A stretch of DNA of 49,580 nt, taken from the NCBI GenBank assembly GCA_030167865.1, contig JALAGF010002067.1, forward strand, positions 1 to 49,580, given 5' to 3'. Position numbers and translations under genes: made by a program. Under the pieces are notes generated by a model. That model did no database searches, was not told where the DNA came from, and worked only from the letters and a program-made list of their open reading frames with translations. How positions within the stretch are numbered: position 1 is the stretch's first letter; each line of letters starts with the position of its first letter. Source of the DNA: Craspedostauros australis. Lineage: Eukaryota. Shown one piece after another: positions 31,757-44,691 of this stretch.

Positions 31757-32724
31757 ATGTGGAGCTCTTCCGGCCGCAAATCCAAGAAGAAGGGATCCGC
31801 CAGCGATCTGGACACGGACACCATCCGTTCCATGTTCCAGGAGCTGGCCGAAGAGGACGATCCCAGCGTGGCTGGCATGGAGGGGATCTGCAAGCTGTGC
31901 GAAAAGCTCGACCTGGATCCCGTCGACGACATCCGCGTTCTGGTGTTGCTTTGGAAGCTGGGTTCGGAAGAGAAGCCAGGACAGATCACCAGCCAGGAAT
32001 GGGAGGACGGCTGCGAGAAGCTCCGAACGGATTCCATCGAGAAATTCAAGGAGGTTCTGCCGTCGTTGGATCCTGGTTTCATGGATCGGGCCGAATTCAA
32101 GGACTTTTACAAGGTGCGATGCGATGTTTCGAAAGTTCCAAGTGATGCAACTGCAGTTGTGGTTGTTGGCTTTGGATGTGGCTGTGGCTGTGGATCTTGT
32201 GCTTGTCTCCCCTTGCACGAAGACATGGATGATTGCTGGAACAGATTGATGGATGGAATGAAGATCAGTTGATGACGGAATCTCTCCCACGCTGCATCTT
32301 GTTGGCGTCCACGCTCACCTTGCTTCGTTTGTCACAAAACCATTTCAAAACGATTACGACACCAACATTCCACTCCACGATACTTTGGGTTTTGCTGCCC
32401 TACTCTTCGATACGCTATGACGCACAGTTCTGCTTCCAATTCAACCGCCAAGGCACCCACCGAACTCTGGACAAGTCGATGGTGACGGCATTGCTGGAGA
32501 TGGCATTGAAGGACCGCATCCCCTCGGAGCGATTGGAGACGTTCTGCAAATTCTTGGAAGTGCAGAAGTCGTACACCCTCATCACGTTGGATCAATGGAC
32601 GTCGTTTTTGGACTTCTGCTACGAGTGCGAAGATCTCAGCACCTACGATGAATCGACGTCGGCATGGCCAGTCCTGCTGGATGAATACGTGGATTACATG
32701 GAGGAGCAGCAGAAGAAGAAGTAG
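31757..32724 (+). CDS. DCN1-like (DCUN1D) neddylation E3; exons 31757-32113 and 32428-32724
   Basis: MEGICKLCEKLDLDP, VLVLLWKL. Intron 32114-32427 joins FKDFYK to FCFQFNR. Then ITLDQWTSFLDF and YDESTSAWPVLLDEYV (PONY domain). Confidence 0.9.
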
Positions 32725-33215
32725 TGGTCGTGGTCGGGTTGTGCCAGCGGCACGGTTGTCTTGGTGGGAAGTTACGGAAGGTTATACTGCACGATTGATG
32801 CAGCACGACCGTTCCAAGCCGAATCGGCAGCCATTATCACCGTCATCGTCAAGACGGCACTGGGAATGAAGACTTGGGCTGCGCAATTGGCAGTGCAACT
32901 TTCTCACGCACTCGTAAACTCAGACGCATCCGGCAAACCGATCTTCCGCTTCAACTGCAGAACAGAGGAAGACACCAACTAAGCATGGAAAGCGGCAGTT
33001 GTAGAACATAGAATGAATGTTACCAACTTGAAGAACCAATTGGAGTTTATGGATGTGCTGTCGCTGTCGGGTTGTCGTTCTCTCTTTGTGTCTCGGCGTG
33101 CTTTCATTTGCGAATATACCAACATTGTACCACTCTGATCGGATGGCCAGCACTGTCATCACTGTCGTGACCACATCAAATGCATGACGAATGACGAATG
33201 ACGCCACACACCATC

Positions 33216-33779
33216 TCACTGATCCAGCGGAATACCGGACTCCCGGAAGAACGTGCGCAACTGCGCTTCATCCGAACCTGCGTAGGTCGACTTGACTTGC
33301 TGATCGTGCAGAATGATGAAGGTCGGCATCATGGAGACCTTGTACTTGCTGGCCAGCTCGTCAAAGTCATCGACGTCCACCGTGAAGAAGGTGCCCTTGT
33401 GCATGCCCGAGAGCTCCGCGTAGACTGGCTGAATTCTGTGGCAAGGTTTGCACCATGTCGCAGTGAACTTCGCCACGACGTACTGATCCGTACTTGTCGT
33501 AGCGGCTGTTGCCATTGTAAAATCGTCTTCGTCTTCCAACACGTGGATTTTGGACGTCTTCGTTGTGGTTGCGGTTCCTGCGGTTGCCGCTGTCGTTGCA
33601 GCAGCATCCGAGGATTCCACGCTCTTCTTCGAAGCTTTGGCCAGCTGCAGCTTGTCAGCAATCCATTGAGGCAACATGTCGCGATCGGCCAGCTTCTGCG
33701 CCAACCAACGCAATGCCAATGCGGCAATCGCAATCACACCGGTGTACGGGACGCACACGCCTCCAACGCAGATCATCAT
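33216..33779 (-). CDS. Thioredoxin with N-terminal hydrophobic anchor
   Basis: KFTATWCKPC active site, VDVD, MPTF cis-Pro motif. N-terminus ICVGGVCVPY followed by a hydrophobic helix. Confidence 0.9.
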   Translation of the reverse strand: MMICVGGVCVPYTGVIAIAALALRWLAQKLADRDMLPQWIADKLQLAKASKKSVESSDAAATTAATAGTATTTKTSKIHVLEDEDDFTMATAATTSTDQYVVAKFTATWCKPCHRIQPVYAELSGMHKGTFFTVDVDDFDELASKYKVSMMPTFIILHDQQVKSTYAGSDEAQLRTFFRESGIPLDQ

Positions 33780-34552
33780 CTTTGCAGGATGTTATTGTAT
33801 GTTGTATGTTGTATGTTGTGTATTGGTGGTGTGGTATGATAGTATGGTGTTTGGGTTGATGCTGTTGCTTGGGTGCTGATTGAGTACTCGTCCTTATTAT
33901 GCAATTGTTCGGTGCTTGATGACCAAATGGTCGTTTGATGTTCGTCGTTCGATGCGTTGTGGTCAAGTCGCATCCATCTCGTTCCTCTTCTTTGCGCTTC
34001 TTCGCTTTGTTGCGCTTTTTCGCTTCCTCTTCTGTTGTGTTGGTTGGAAATCATGATGGTTTTACCGCATCTCCCACAAATGACTTGTGAGCGACCACTT
34101 CGACCGAGGTTGTATTTGATTCGAACGTGTCAATATAAATAGTTATATGTTATATATTACCGGTAGCCCCAAGGCTGAAACACACACCAGCAACAAGAAC
34201 GGCAACAAGAACGCAGACAAACACCGAAGCAACGCAAAATGGCGCGGCGCACACCACCGCCGGCCTTTTTTAGTCTCCACCATGGACAGGCACAGAGAAC
34301 CCACACACGGCTGTTGCGACAACAATCACTGGAGCATCATCCGAGTTCGAGCAGAGAGTATTGGCACACACGAGGATTTGGATCCACAAGCTTCGCGATA
34401 CACGCACCATTAGCACTGAGACAGACCGTCATCACTCACTCCGTTTCACTTGAAGTTCGTTGAGCCGCAACAACAGCAACAACAGTGATAGCAGATAGAG
34501 ACTGCACTTGCGTTGCATGATATTATACTCGTAAACCAGGGCAAGAACGAAG

Positions 34553-35623
34553 ATGGAAGACAACCCAGATGCCACGTCGACGTCGGCCTCCAGCAACTCG
34601 GAGGAATCCAGCGCCATGGTGACCAGCTCCGTGCCGCCGCCGCCACCTCCGGCCGTGCCATCCTCCGTGGGTCCCAACAACGCAGGCAGCAACATGGATC
34701 CCAAAAAGTCGTACAACGATCTCGAGGCCTGGCTTGCCAAGCTGTCCATGGGAACGCCGCTGGCCGAGAGCGAGGTCAAGATGCTGTGCGAGCTTGCGAG
34801 GGAGACGCTCTTCAACGAATCCAACGTCCAGCCGGTGCCCGCCCCCGTCACGGTGTGCGGCGACATCCACGGCCAGTGGCATGACCTCATGGAGCTCTTC
34901 CGCATCGGCGGCAGCGCGCCGGACACCAACTACCTCTTCATGGGGGATTACGTCGACAGAGGCTACTACTCGGTGGAGACGGTCACCATGCTGGTCTGCC
35001 TCAAGGTCCGCTACCCCGACCGCGTCTTCATCCTGCGCGGCAACCACGAATCGCGCCAGATCACGCAGGTCTACGGCTTCTACGACGAGTGCGTTCGGAA
35101 ATACGGCAGCGCCAATGTATGGAAGATGTTCACGGATCTCTTCGATTACTTCCCCCTCACCGCCCTCGTCGAGCACTCCGTCTTCTGCCTCCACGGCGGC
35201 CTCAGCCCCGCCATCGACACCTTGGATCACGTGCGCCAGCTCGACCGCGTCCAGGAGGTCCCGCACGAGGGACCCATGTGTGATCTGCTCTGGAGCGACC
35301 CCGATGATCGCAGCGGATGGGGCATCTCGCCGCGTGGCGCGGGCTTCACCTTCGGGGTCGACATCTCGCAGCAGTTCAATGAGAAGAACGGTCTTTCGTT
35401 AGTCAGCCGCGCGCATCAGCTCGTCATGGACGGCTACAACTGGAGCCACGACCAGGCCGTCGTCACCATCTTTTCGGCACCCAATTACTGCTATCGGTGC
35501 GGCAACCAAGCCGCCATCATGGAGGTCAGCGAGACGTTGGACAAGACCTTTTTGCAGTTCGATCCAGCGCCGCGACGAGGCGAACCGCATCTTGGAAGGA
35601 AAACGCCAGAGTATTTCCTGTAG
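34553..35623 (+). CDS. Ser/Thr protein phosphatase 2A-type catalytic subunit
   Basis: [28 protein letters not shown] and C-terminal [10 protein letters not shown]...TPEYFL. Confidence 0.95.
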   Translation: MEDNPDATSTSASSNSEESSAMVTSSVPPPPPPAVPSSVGPNNAGSNMDPKKSYNDLEAWLAKLSMGTPLAESEVKMLCELARETLFNESNVQPVPAPVTVCGDIHGQWHDLMELFRIGGSAPDTNYLFMGDYVDRGYYSVETVTMLVCLKVRYPDRVFILRGNHESRQITQVYGFYDECVRKYGSANVWKMFTDLFDYFPLTALVEHSVFCLHGGLSPAIDTLDHVRQLDRVQEVPHEGPMCDLLWSDPDDRSGWGISPRGAGFTFGVDISQQFNEKNGLSLVSRAHQLVMDGYNWSHDQAVVTIFSAPNYCYRCGNQAAIMEVSETLDKTFLQFDPAPRRGEPHLGRKTPEYFL

Positions 35624-36171
35624 AAACTGTGCCATCCCAGACTATCATTTGGTATCATACTAATCCATGTCGCTCTCCACATGTTTTGTCCATGCGCATG
35701 TTTAGTCCGTGAAGATTGCAGTGCGGAGCACGCGTGTGCGAGGAGGTGAAGAGGAGATGCAGGATGTGTGGACTGCTTCCGTCTCCGCGTTGCATGTCTC
35801 AATTTCTGTTCATATGACACAACCTCTTCGCCACCAAGCAGACTAGCATACTACTCGTACACGCGAGTATGTTGTGGCAAGATGGAATAGAGTAAGATCA
35901 ATTACTGTTTTTATGTAGTACATGTGCAAATTACTTGTGACAATCCAACATTCGTCCATTCTTGATGTGTTGGCGTTTGCTTTCAGTTCAGGTTGTTGTG
36001 CTTTGTGTGGTTGTGTCTGATGGTGGTGATGGTGGCGCATCAGGCGTCCCGACGTTGTTTGATGGACTGTCCTCGCCGGCGGCACATTCACATCTCACCA
36101 TCCAATGGTTTCATCCCCAAACCATCCATTCGTCCATCCATTCTCACCCGGAGTGCTCGTAGTTTCATACT

Positions 36172-37378
36172 CTACAATGACGTAGTCTCTTGCATGTCGT
36201 AGAATGGGCTGATGTTCTTGAGGTAACCCGGGAGCTTCAGATCGTTGTAATCCACCACCATACTGTCTGGATCTGGGTCGTTCTTCTTCTTCGACGATGA
36301 TCGACGACGGCGCAGCATGGCGACGATAAGCATCAACGCCATCGACGTGAAGGCCAGCGTCGCGATCAAGTAGAGTCGCGCGTTTTCCATCGATGTCGTT
36401 GACGTTGGTGATGTTGCGGCTGGAGTGTTGGTCGTCTCCACATCTTCACGTGCTGGAGGCTGCAAAGGTTCACCGGTGTAGCTTCCAATGTCGTTGTCGA
36501 TCAACCATTCGCAGTGGGGTCCAGCATACTCTGGTGGGCACACGCAACCGGCGTTACTGTATTGCGTACAGTGGCGTGCGCACATATCATGAGCAGGTGG
36601 GAAAGGGACGGAGGGAGGGAAGTCGAAACGGAACATGACGAATCGGGGTTAGTGGAGGGGTGGCGAGAATGCATGATGGCGAATGAGAGAGAGAGAGAGA
36701 GAGCACAGTTACTTCGCCCATCACGTTTTCTGCGTAGCATGGGCAAGCTGGCCTTGTTGATGCACCCACTGTTGAAAAGCAAGACCTAGCATGCAATAGG
36801 TGGTATGTGCAGCATGTATCGACCAATGCAACAGCAACAATTACAACTTACGCAAAATCCGCAGTGTTCATCGCAGCGATAGCGCTTGCTTTTGCACGGA
36901 GGAAATCGATCTTGCATTTGCCGCCGTTCGTGCAGAACCCCTGCTCTTCCTTGCCTGCAATGAACTGCGCCCCGCAGTACTGCGTGATGGGATCACGGCA
37001 CATCTGACCAGCGAAGACGCTCATTGAGTCGGCCACGGAGCAGTCGCACGACCATCGGTGCTTGCCAGTGTGACGGCAACTCTCGCCGTTGGGACACGTC
37101 ATATCTTCCATGTTGCACACCCCGAGCTTGCTTTCGCATGCCACCCCCGTGTACCCTTCGGGACAGATGCACTTCTCAACGAGATGTCCCTCCATGGAAT
37201 GCGTCTGCAGTTGCTTGGGTGAGCTGAAATCCTTCAACGCACAGTATCCGCCATTCTTGCACTGCAATTGGCACGAGGCGTGGTCAATGGGCGTGGCGGA
37301 ATTGCTCTGGTGCGCTGCGGCATTCGTGAGGGCGACCAGCATCGCAAAAGCGACGATGATGAGTCCGGTGCTTTGCAT
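36172..37378 (-). CDS. Single-pass membrane protein with EGF-like repeats; exons 37378-36852 and 36556-36172
   Basis: Signal peptide (MQSTGLIIVAFAMLVAL); CKNGGYC..CICPEGYTGVACE, CPNGESC..CDC, CTNGGKC. Phase-2 intron GTAAGT..TACAG (36851-36557) restores DFA-NAGCVCPPEYAGPHCE. TM helix followed by RRRR. Confidence 0.85.
36685..36703. repeat. (GA)9 microsatellite inside intron
   Basis: gagagagagagagagagag. Confidence 0.9.
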
Positions 37379-38665
37379 CTTGGTAATGTTATTGTTGCTG
37401 TTGCTGTGGTTGTTCCTGTCGTTGTTGTTGTCGTTGTTGATGTTGATGTTGAGAAGATGAGCCAATGGTGCGGTGCAAGGTCTAGTGATGTGCTTATGGT
37501 CAGATGCAAACTGAAAGGAATGATTGAATGTATGGCTTCGTGGACCTGGCTTCGTCGAAGATGCTTCGAGAATGGGTAGAGCGCAGCGGAGTGCTCTGCT
37601 CTAGTTGCTTCTGCTTTTGTTTCTGTCAAAGAATTGAGATGGAGCAGCGCATGTTGTAACATCTCACTACGAGACGCGGCATCTGATGTGTACATATCAT
37701 AGAAGGTGCTGATGCTGATGCTGATGCCGATGGCACATGTTCTTCATCATTCAGTCCTGTGGTTGGCCATACGCAGTCTCGTGGCCGGCGATGGCTGGGC
37801 ATTCGCTCTTGCGAGCGCTCTTCCTTTTGTGAGGACTTGGCAATTTTCGTCTTCTGGTCTGCTGCAAGTCTTGTGGCGAGACCAAAAATGTGGTCTATTT
37901 TCGGTCGTGGATGAGGAATTGCCCTCGTGGGTTGTTGAACAGACCGTACGCGTGATAGCGAAACATTGAACCGCATACTCTGAACGCAAACGGACATTTG
38001 TCCGAGTGAATGAAACTTCAACGAAGGACAGATTCAGCGGTGTCACAAGACAAGAATGGCGTCAAAGCCTCAGCCAATCATATGCAGTCATCAATGCATA
38101 CAGAACATGTCTCGCTGCTCGCGGCACTTTCCTGCCATCGTATCTTGTTCGTCTGCCTTCCCCACATGCTGCCAGCATCACAAACAGTTTGTTCTTTCTC
38201 AAGAAAGCAGTAGAACCGTGTAGAAATCCTACCAAGGACGACACCGATGGTATCTTTTGGTTCACTTTTCCATTTCTGGTTTCTCGGCAAAAGAGAAGTT
38301 TGGGAGGTTGTAATGATAGGCTTTGTGTGGACCCAGTACGGAATTCCACGAGCGAGAATCGTGATGGGAGGATACCTACGCTCTTTGCGTGTGCGTGCCA
38401 AACAGAATTGATGGGGCGTGGAACGCGAGAGGAGTGTGAAAGGTGAAGCACCCACGCGACGCAAACATCACCTTCGTCTTCGACGTCGATTCCTTCACCT
38501 TTCGCACTCCTCTCGCGTCTCGGCCGTGGATCTTTTTTTTGTTGTGGGCAGATCTTGTCACAAAACACAACACGCTCCGAAGACGATCGCTCGACAAACG
38601 AACTGCTCACAGCACTCTCGCAAACACAACACACCACCACAGAGAAACAACAGAAAACAGCAACA

Positions 38666-39509
38666 ATGGTTCTCGCAACATCAGTCAGAAAGGAAGCCTC
38701 GTCCCAGCAAGCCCGAGGTACGTGGGTGAACGTGCGAGATGGGAATGGATAACACGAGCGCCGCCGTTTGCCTTCTGCCGGCCCTGCCGGCACCGTCCAT
38801 CGCAATGGCCGTTTCTCCTTCGCACCGCAACAATCCCGACGTGCAATGGATCGAATTCAAGCGCGACACTTGCTCTCATCACAAGCCTCTCACCCACACC
38901 TGCAAATACACCTGCAACGCCACCTTCACTTCATTCCATATCCCTTGCTGCGGATGATCACGTTTGCCCAATTCCAAACAATATACCAAATCAACAATGA
39001 ACGGAATGGCTGCACTGTCGTGCTGGGCGTTTGCGTACGACCATCATTGCGCAACGATCAAAATGGAACTTCTCTGCGCTACTCTCCGGTGTGCAATCGA
39101 ATTGCAACTTCGCACGACTTGCCCTCGCGACACAACAAACGGAACAACACAACAACGCAATAACGCGATAACGCGATAACGCAACATGTGGTGCACGGAC
39201 CAACCAACCAACTAACCTACAGGCAACGGAACTATGGATTTGGCATCATGCCAGAACATCTTGGCGTCGCTGAAGGACGTCGGTGAATTGCCCATGCAGT
39301 GCAAGAACTACCCGTCCGTGCTGAAGCAGGTCAAGCAGAAGGAGGATGAAAAAGCAATGGCAATTGCATTCGCAGGGATGAGACCAGGCATGGCAGTCGA
39401 AGCACGACGAAGCCGCACCACCGGATACGAAAGCCACTCCAAGCTGAAGCGCCGCCTCACCAGCTCCGGAGCTCACCACCACACCCACCCACAGAAGACA
39501 GGCAACTAA
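38666..39509 (+). CDS. Small basic protein of unknown function (~112 aa); exons 38666-38717 and 39223-39509
   Basis: caacaATG start after a CA-rich leader; donor G|GTACGT; branch point/acceptor ACTAACCTACAG. The phase-1 join is in frame with the 91-aa ORF at 39234-39509, which has coding-like codon usage. Confidence 0.65.
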
Positions 39510-40813
39510 ATAGCGCCACCGCTTTGAGGCCACCGAGCTGGAGGCATTGCTGGTATCATGAAAGGGCGGTCGTCCGGTACCCAGTCATCCATCGTGCGGA
39601 TGGCTGTTTCTGTCGTCTTCCATGGATCTCTCCATCACAACGATGGCGAGACGCAACCACGAACCGTCAATAGCCAAACCACAACACGTAACTTTAGATT
39701 TTGCACACTACAAAGATCCAAACCAAAGTGGACCAAGCCAATGCCAGAGCCAGCGACTCTATGGCCGCTCACCTTAGCGCCAGCGGCGGTATCTTTGCCT
39801 TCCGATGGGGACGGGCTGCGTTGTTCATCCGAACCATGTGTGCTTGCAGACGCGATCGCGGAAGAGGAACGATCAAGGGGCGGCATGGATCTTTTCATCC
39901 TCTGGTTGGTTGTTGGGCAGTGCCCATGGATCTGCCTTGGCTCCCTGTCGGCACTACCGTTGTTGCTGCGATACTCTTTCTACCGCGCCTTGGGCACCAC
40001 AGAAGCCAACGCACGCCGCATGCCTGAGCAAGGGAGAGCGACAGTACAATCCGCCGGGAGCGCCGATGAGAACCATCTGCGTGCTTTCGCTCAATGCAGA
40101 AAGGAATCCAACACAAGAGCCACAAGAGAAACCAAAAGCGAGGAAGTTGTGTTTGCCTTCCTGGCTCTCCAATTTCCTTCGTTTTCGTGCCAGAACAACA
40201 GCCAGCCGGAGGCAGTTGGCGCCATCATTGCAGAAAACGTGTTCACCAACTTCATGTGACATCCCCCTGAATCCGGAAGTCCGTGCACGCACGAGCTGCG
40301 GTACACAACAAGAAAGAACAAGGAGGGAAAACATGGAACATGCCACAAAATTCCTCCTTCTCCGGCCCCAAACATGACAGATGGATCATGAAGAACATCG
40401 TAAAGAACAAAGAACAAAGAACAAACCACAGCAAGGCACCGACGCGAGGTACTCACCACATAGCATGCCGCGCGCGATTGGCGAAAGGGACGGTCCTCAC
40501 TGCTACGAGCTAGACCGCGACGCGATCTGCTCAGCGTTTGCATCCACGCCCCCACAGCGACGCGGAAAGGAGTCTGCTCCTCAGCCACTCCATCAACGAA
40601 ATGCGACAACAACTAAAATGTAGCAGCGGAGTCCGCGGCTAGTTTAGGGTGGGCTTTGTGCGCCTTGGGCCTGGCTGGGCCCCTTGTGAGGTTCATGGCA
40701 ACGCATCTCTCCGTTCATGTACTGTCGCTGCTTGTGTCACCATGATTGACACTAAGGCATGAGTTGATGAATACGCGCTTGTTTATTATGATACCTGACG
40801 TCTCAAGGTTTTG

Positions 40814-42871
40814 CTATGGATCGTAGCATTTGATCATGAAAGTGAATTGGACAGTCGGATAGTTCATGCCGTGAGGCTTGTAGCAGTAGTCTGGAACCAC
40901 CGCATTGTCGAGGTCCTGATCGAAGGAGGGATCGGAGACGAATATGTCGATAATCGCTATGTTGGCGTTCGGCATGCATGATGTGACGACAGTGTGACTT
41001 TCGCCTTGCGCCATATCATTAGAAAGTGTACAATGGTTGTCGAACCAGGTTGGGAAGTTTGTGTAGAAGTAGGCAACGGATTGGGGCCATGTTTGTGTGG
41101 GCGCGAACGCGACGGTGCTGTGTGCCATCGAAGGATGCAGCCTGGACTGGATTCGTCAAAAATAAGGTACAATTGGGAGGACGCCAGGAGAGGAAAGGCG
41201 TTCGAAGGTAGGTGACATCCCCTCGCGTTGATCAGGCCCCTCACCGGAAGATTCCCTCGGCAAAAGGGTTAGAACCGCAATTGAAGGCGCAATCGAAGGT
41301 CCGGTAAGGTTAAAAGTCAGTGTCGGAGGTGCGGGTGGAGTTCGGCGGAAGCGGAGTCGGTGCAGGAGATAATGTTGGTTTGCTGGTTGGTCCAGAAGTA
41401 GGCCCGCTGGTCGGTCCACTTGTGGTGCCGCTTGTTGGTCCAGATGTAGGTCCAGAAGTTGGCCCGGAAGTAGGTCCCGAGGTTGGTCCAGATGTTGGTC
41501 CGCTTGTGGGTCCAGACGTAGGTCCGCTGGTTGGTCCTGAGGTTGGTCCAGTGGTTGGTCGGGTCGTTGGGCCAAACGTAGGCCCAGAAGTAGGTGCCGA
41601 GGTTGGTCCAGATGTTGGTCCAGATGTTGGTCCAGCGGTTGGACCGCTAGTTGGTCCGGATGTTGGTCCACTTGTCGGTACGTCAGTCGGTTTTTCGCTT
41701 GGGGCCAGAGTTGTTGGCATTGGAGATGTTGGCGTTACCGTTGTTGTTGGAGCGGGTGTTGGCGTTGCTGTCATTGTTGGCGTTGGGAGCAAGGCTGGAC
41801 GTGGTTTGTTGTTGGTTGGATTTATTGTGAGGACTGGGCGACCGAAGTGACTCGGCATGGTACTCGGGATACCGGTCTGTAAATCACTTGGGAGCAAGCT
41901 GGGTTGGCTCGATGGAAGCTTAGTGGGTATCATCGTATGCAACGGCGGCTGGAGGAGCTGTCTCGTGCGAGGCGAATTGCCTACTATTGTTTTGGTCGCA
42001 AGGGAAGGGAAGGAACAATTTGTTGGGTCTGAATGAGTCCCCTGATCTGACACGATGTTTGTATTGTGCGTACTCGGCAATGTCCCTCCCCATGTGGTCA
42101 AGGTATGATGCCAACCGAAAGGACTTATCCAGGTTCATTGCTCAGCCTTCCACGCTTCGTTCACTTCATTACACTGATTCACTTACTCGTTCTGAGCTGC
42201 ATTTCCCCCTTGTCTGTGAGATGGTGCGATTCCCATGCGTCTTTATCGTCGTCACCGTCATCTCCATTGCCATCGACGGCTTCCATTCTGCTGATTTCCT
42301 CCAAATCTGTATGCTCGAAACACCTGCATCCAACTTCATAAATTACGGTGCAGATCTGCGCCGGCACGAAATCGTCAAAGCCACATTCATCAGAAAGTGC
42401 GTCATCCAGTTCTTCGCCCAAACCTTCACTTACGTCTCCATCAAAGTCCTGATGAGAAATGTAAATTGTAACCTTCGCCGTATCGGTAACGGGATCGCAC
42501 ACGACTGGGATTGGGCGATTTAGAGCTTCAAGGTTGGATCCTGGCTCGACAGACTCGAAATCTTCAATGCACAAGGCTTCACCATCGTGGTAGACGGAGA
42601 GGATTGCCAATCCTGCGAAGCCATAGCCTCGATCCTCGAAGAAGCTCTGATTGAGAATGATTCTGGCGGAGTCTGAATCCATGGGCGGATCGATCGCGAG
42701 CGAGATTGCTCCATCGTTTTCACGGAGAAGATCTGTTGCGACACAGGTGCTTCTTTCAGTTGTTGTGATGCAAGGAGGGTCAGAGCGTTGCAAGGTTGGA
42801 TGCTCAAAATCGACACCAGCTGCCGCGGTGGTGCCAGAGACGACGAGCAGGAGCGCGAGGAAGCACTTCAT
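40814..42871 (-). pseudogene. Secreted mucin-like protein: Cys domain, PTSG repeats, second Cys domain; 3' part broken by frameshifts (pseudogene or assembly error)
   Basis: Signal peptide MKCFLALLLVVSGTTAAA. Intron 42186 to 41984/41981. The P/T-rich exon stops at 41310. The C-terminal domain ORF (41128-40814) is in another frame and I could not find a splice solution. Confidence 0.55.
41379..41678 (-). repeat. 25 x 12-nt tandem repeat encoding PTSG
   Basis: (PTSG)n with variants PTAG, PTSA, PTFG, PTTR, PTTG, TTSG, PTSK and synonymous variation between units. Confidence 0.95.
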
Positions 42872-44691
42872 GCTTGCGATGTCTTGTTGTTGGTGGTGGT
42901 GTTGTGCAAAGACGCTGTCGTTTGAATGAGTTGATGGGAAGCTGTTGTCTTGTGTGCGTTGTCCGTGCGAGCAGCGCGACTCATAAAGTGTTGTTGATTT
43001 GGTGGATAGGATCAACCGCTTTATGAGTCATGTTTCTCATTCATCTTCAATTGCCGATCTGTGGTGGTGAGGGTTATGGTCGTGGCAATGGCAACGGTGA
43101 TGGCAAGTTGTTTGGGAGTTTTCGCTGTGAACATCAATGCAGACAGTGCGTCATGATCTCGATGCTCGTCTGGAGACAGGAATACCGTACCTACTGGAAG
43201 ACGACGAGGCACTTCCATGCGTGAATTCTCTCTTACCACCGACGATAATGGTATTCTGTTTCCGATGAGATTGTAGCGCTTGGAGCCTCGCTGACGCGAG
43301 CAAGGGTCGATCTTGGTTCAAGAAACTTGATGCATCTGGAGATTCTTCACCAAACGGAGGCGCGACAAACGAATGCAATAAATTCCACAGATGAAGGAAT
43401 GCCGCAAGGAGTGACGGAAATTTATCTCACCCATCATCAACAGAATGAAGAGCAGCTGCCTCTTGTGGTGTTGCCCATCCCATCCGTCAAGTTCGCCCAG
43501 CCGTCTGAGTACTCGTCCAATGGTGATACCAACGCGTCAAGTGGAGGAAGGATGGGTGGGTAGAGACCCATGACGCTCACATTTACAAATCTGTAGCCTC
43601 CGGCAGTCGCATGCACACATGGAAGCAGAGGCTTGCAGAAGATGATGTTTCCCGGTATGCTTTCCGGTTGTGTTCCTTGCGAAGATAATGCCGCTGCTTC
43701 TATTCAACGTAGGAATCCATCATCCGACGAGGCACCCATCACAAAAGTCCTTGGAAGTTCCTTTTCAGTCGCACATTTTGACGTGACAGAAAGATCGTCG
43801 TGGAATTGACGAAGAGAAAATGCCAGGGCTTGCATCCACGCTGTATATATGCAAAAGTGGAGTGCGATGACCCGTTCATCGTCCATGCCCGCGTTCCCCG
43901 AGGCTTTCCGGGGGCTCAGAAGTTGTGAGAACTTCGGAGCAGTGCCCTATTTGGAGTGTTTCGTTGCCGCGTTCCATTGGAGTCTTTGTTGTTCAGCTGA
44001 CGGAGCACTCTGCACTTTGGTGTGATACTCCGCTCCTCGCGTGTATTCCTTCGATCCCATCCCGCTTCTGTCGTGTTTTTCGAAGGTCGCCCAAAGCGCG
44101 TCATGGTCGGAAGGTTGAATTCGGCCATCCCACCCTTGGCCGTTTCCGAAACAGGATTGTCTGCCACGAAGTTCAACGACGCAGCATAGCTCGTTGTGAC
44201 ATCCGCTCCCTGCGATGGCGCATCATGGAAGATACTAGAGGATGGTCACGGATTCGGCAACGGAAACCACAGGAATGTTCTGTGGTCCCGAAGGAATTCT
44301 TTTGTGTGCTGGTGTTGGTGTTGGCGTTGGCGTTGGCGTTGGTGTTGGCGACTGGTGCGTCTTCGCAACAAAGACACGAAACGATTTGTTGTGGGCGTGC
44401 CGACCAATTCGACTCAATACCAACGCAACGATTCCGATCTTTTTCCGAAGATTTTGGCGCCAAAAATCTCATGGTCCAAGAGATCTGTCTACCACCAGAT
44501 AGTGGGGAAGACGGCATTCCCTCGGGTTTTTGTTCAGCTCCACTCGGACGAGCTGCAGTTATTCATCATCATCAGGGAATGCAACACAGTTGGCTCTACT
44601 CGTTCTCTGGTTACATGAGTTCGATCTTCCTCAAGGTTATTGTGCAACCTAATCGATTTCATTTTATGCCTGTTTTAGTGGGACGCAACAG

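Noticed and set aside
31073-32290. 405-aa minus strand ORF
   Set aside because: It is antisense to DCN1 exon 1 and its CA-rich leader, with no domain features.
12212-32724. Functional DNA-repair/ubiquitin cluster (Fpg-UNG, RAD54-like, HECT, DCN1)
   Set aside because: The genes are interspersed with unrelated ones in mixed orientation, which is ordinary eukaryotic gene order.
39558-40620. Overlapping 100-230 aa ORFs
   Set aside because: No codon bias, motifs or convincing splice structure; left as unexplained intergenic DNA.
41156-41158. In-frame TGA between ORFs 41671-41156 and 41128-40814 as selenocysteine or readthrough
   Set aside because: No redox motif or evident SECIS. The more domain-like peptide lies in another frame, which favours frameshifts.
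41320-41850. Collagen-like VGPE repeat ORF on + strand, and the 12-bp array as a CRISPR
   Set aside because: It is antisense to the PTSG repeat, with no unique spacers or cas genes.
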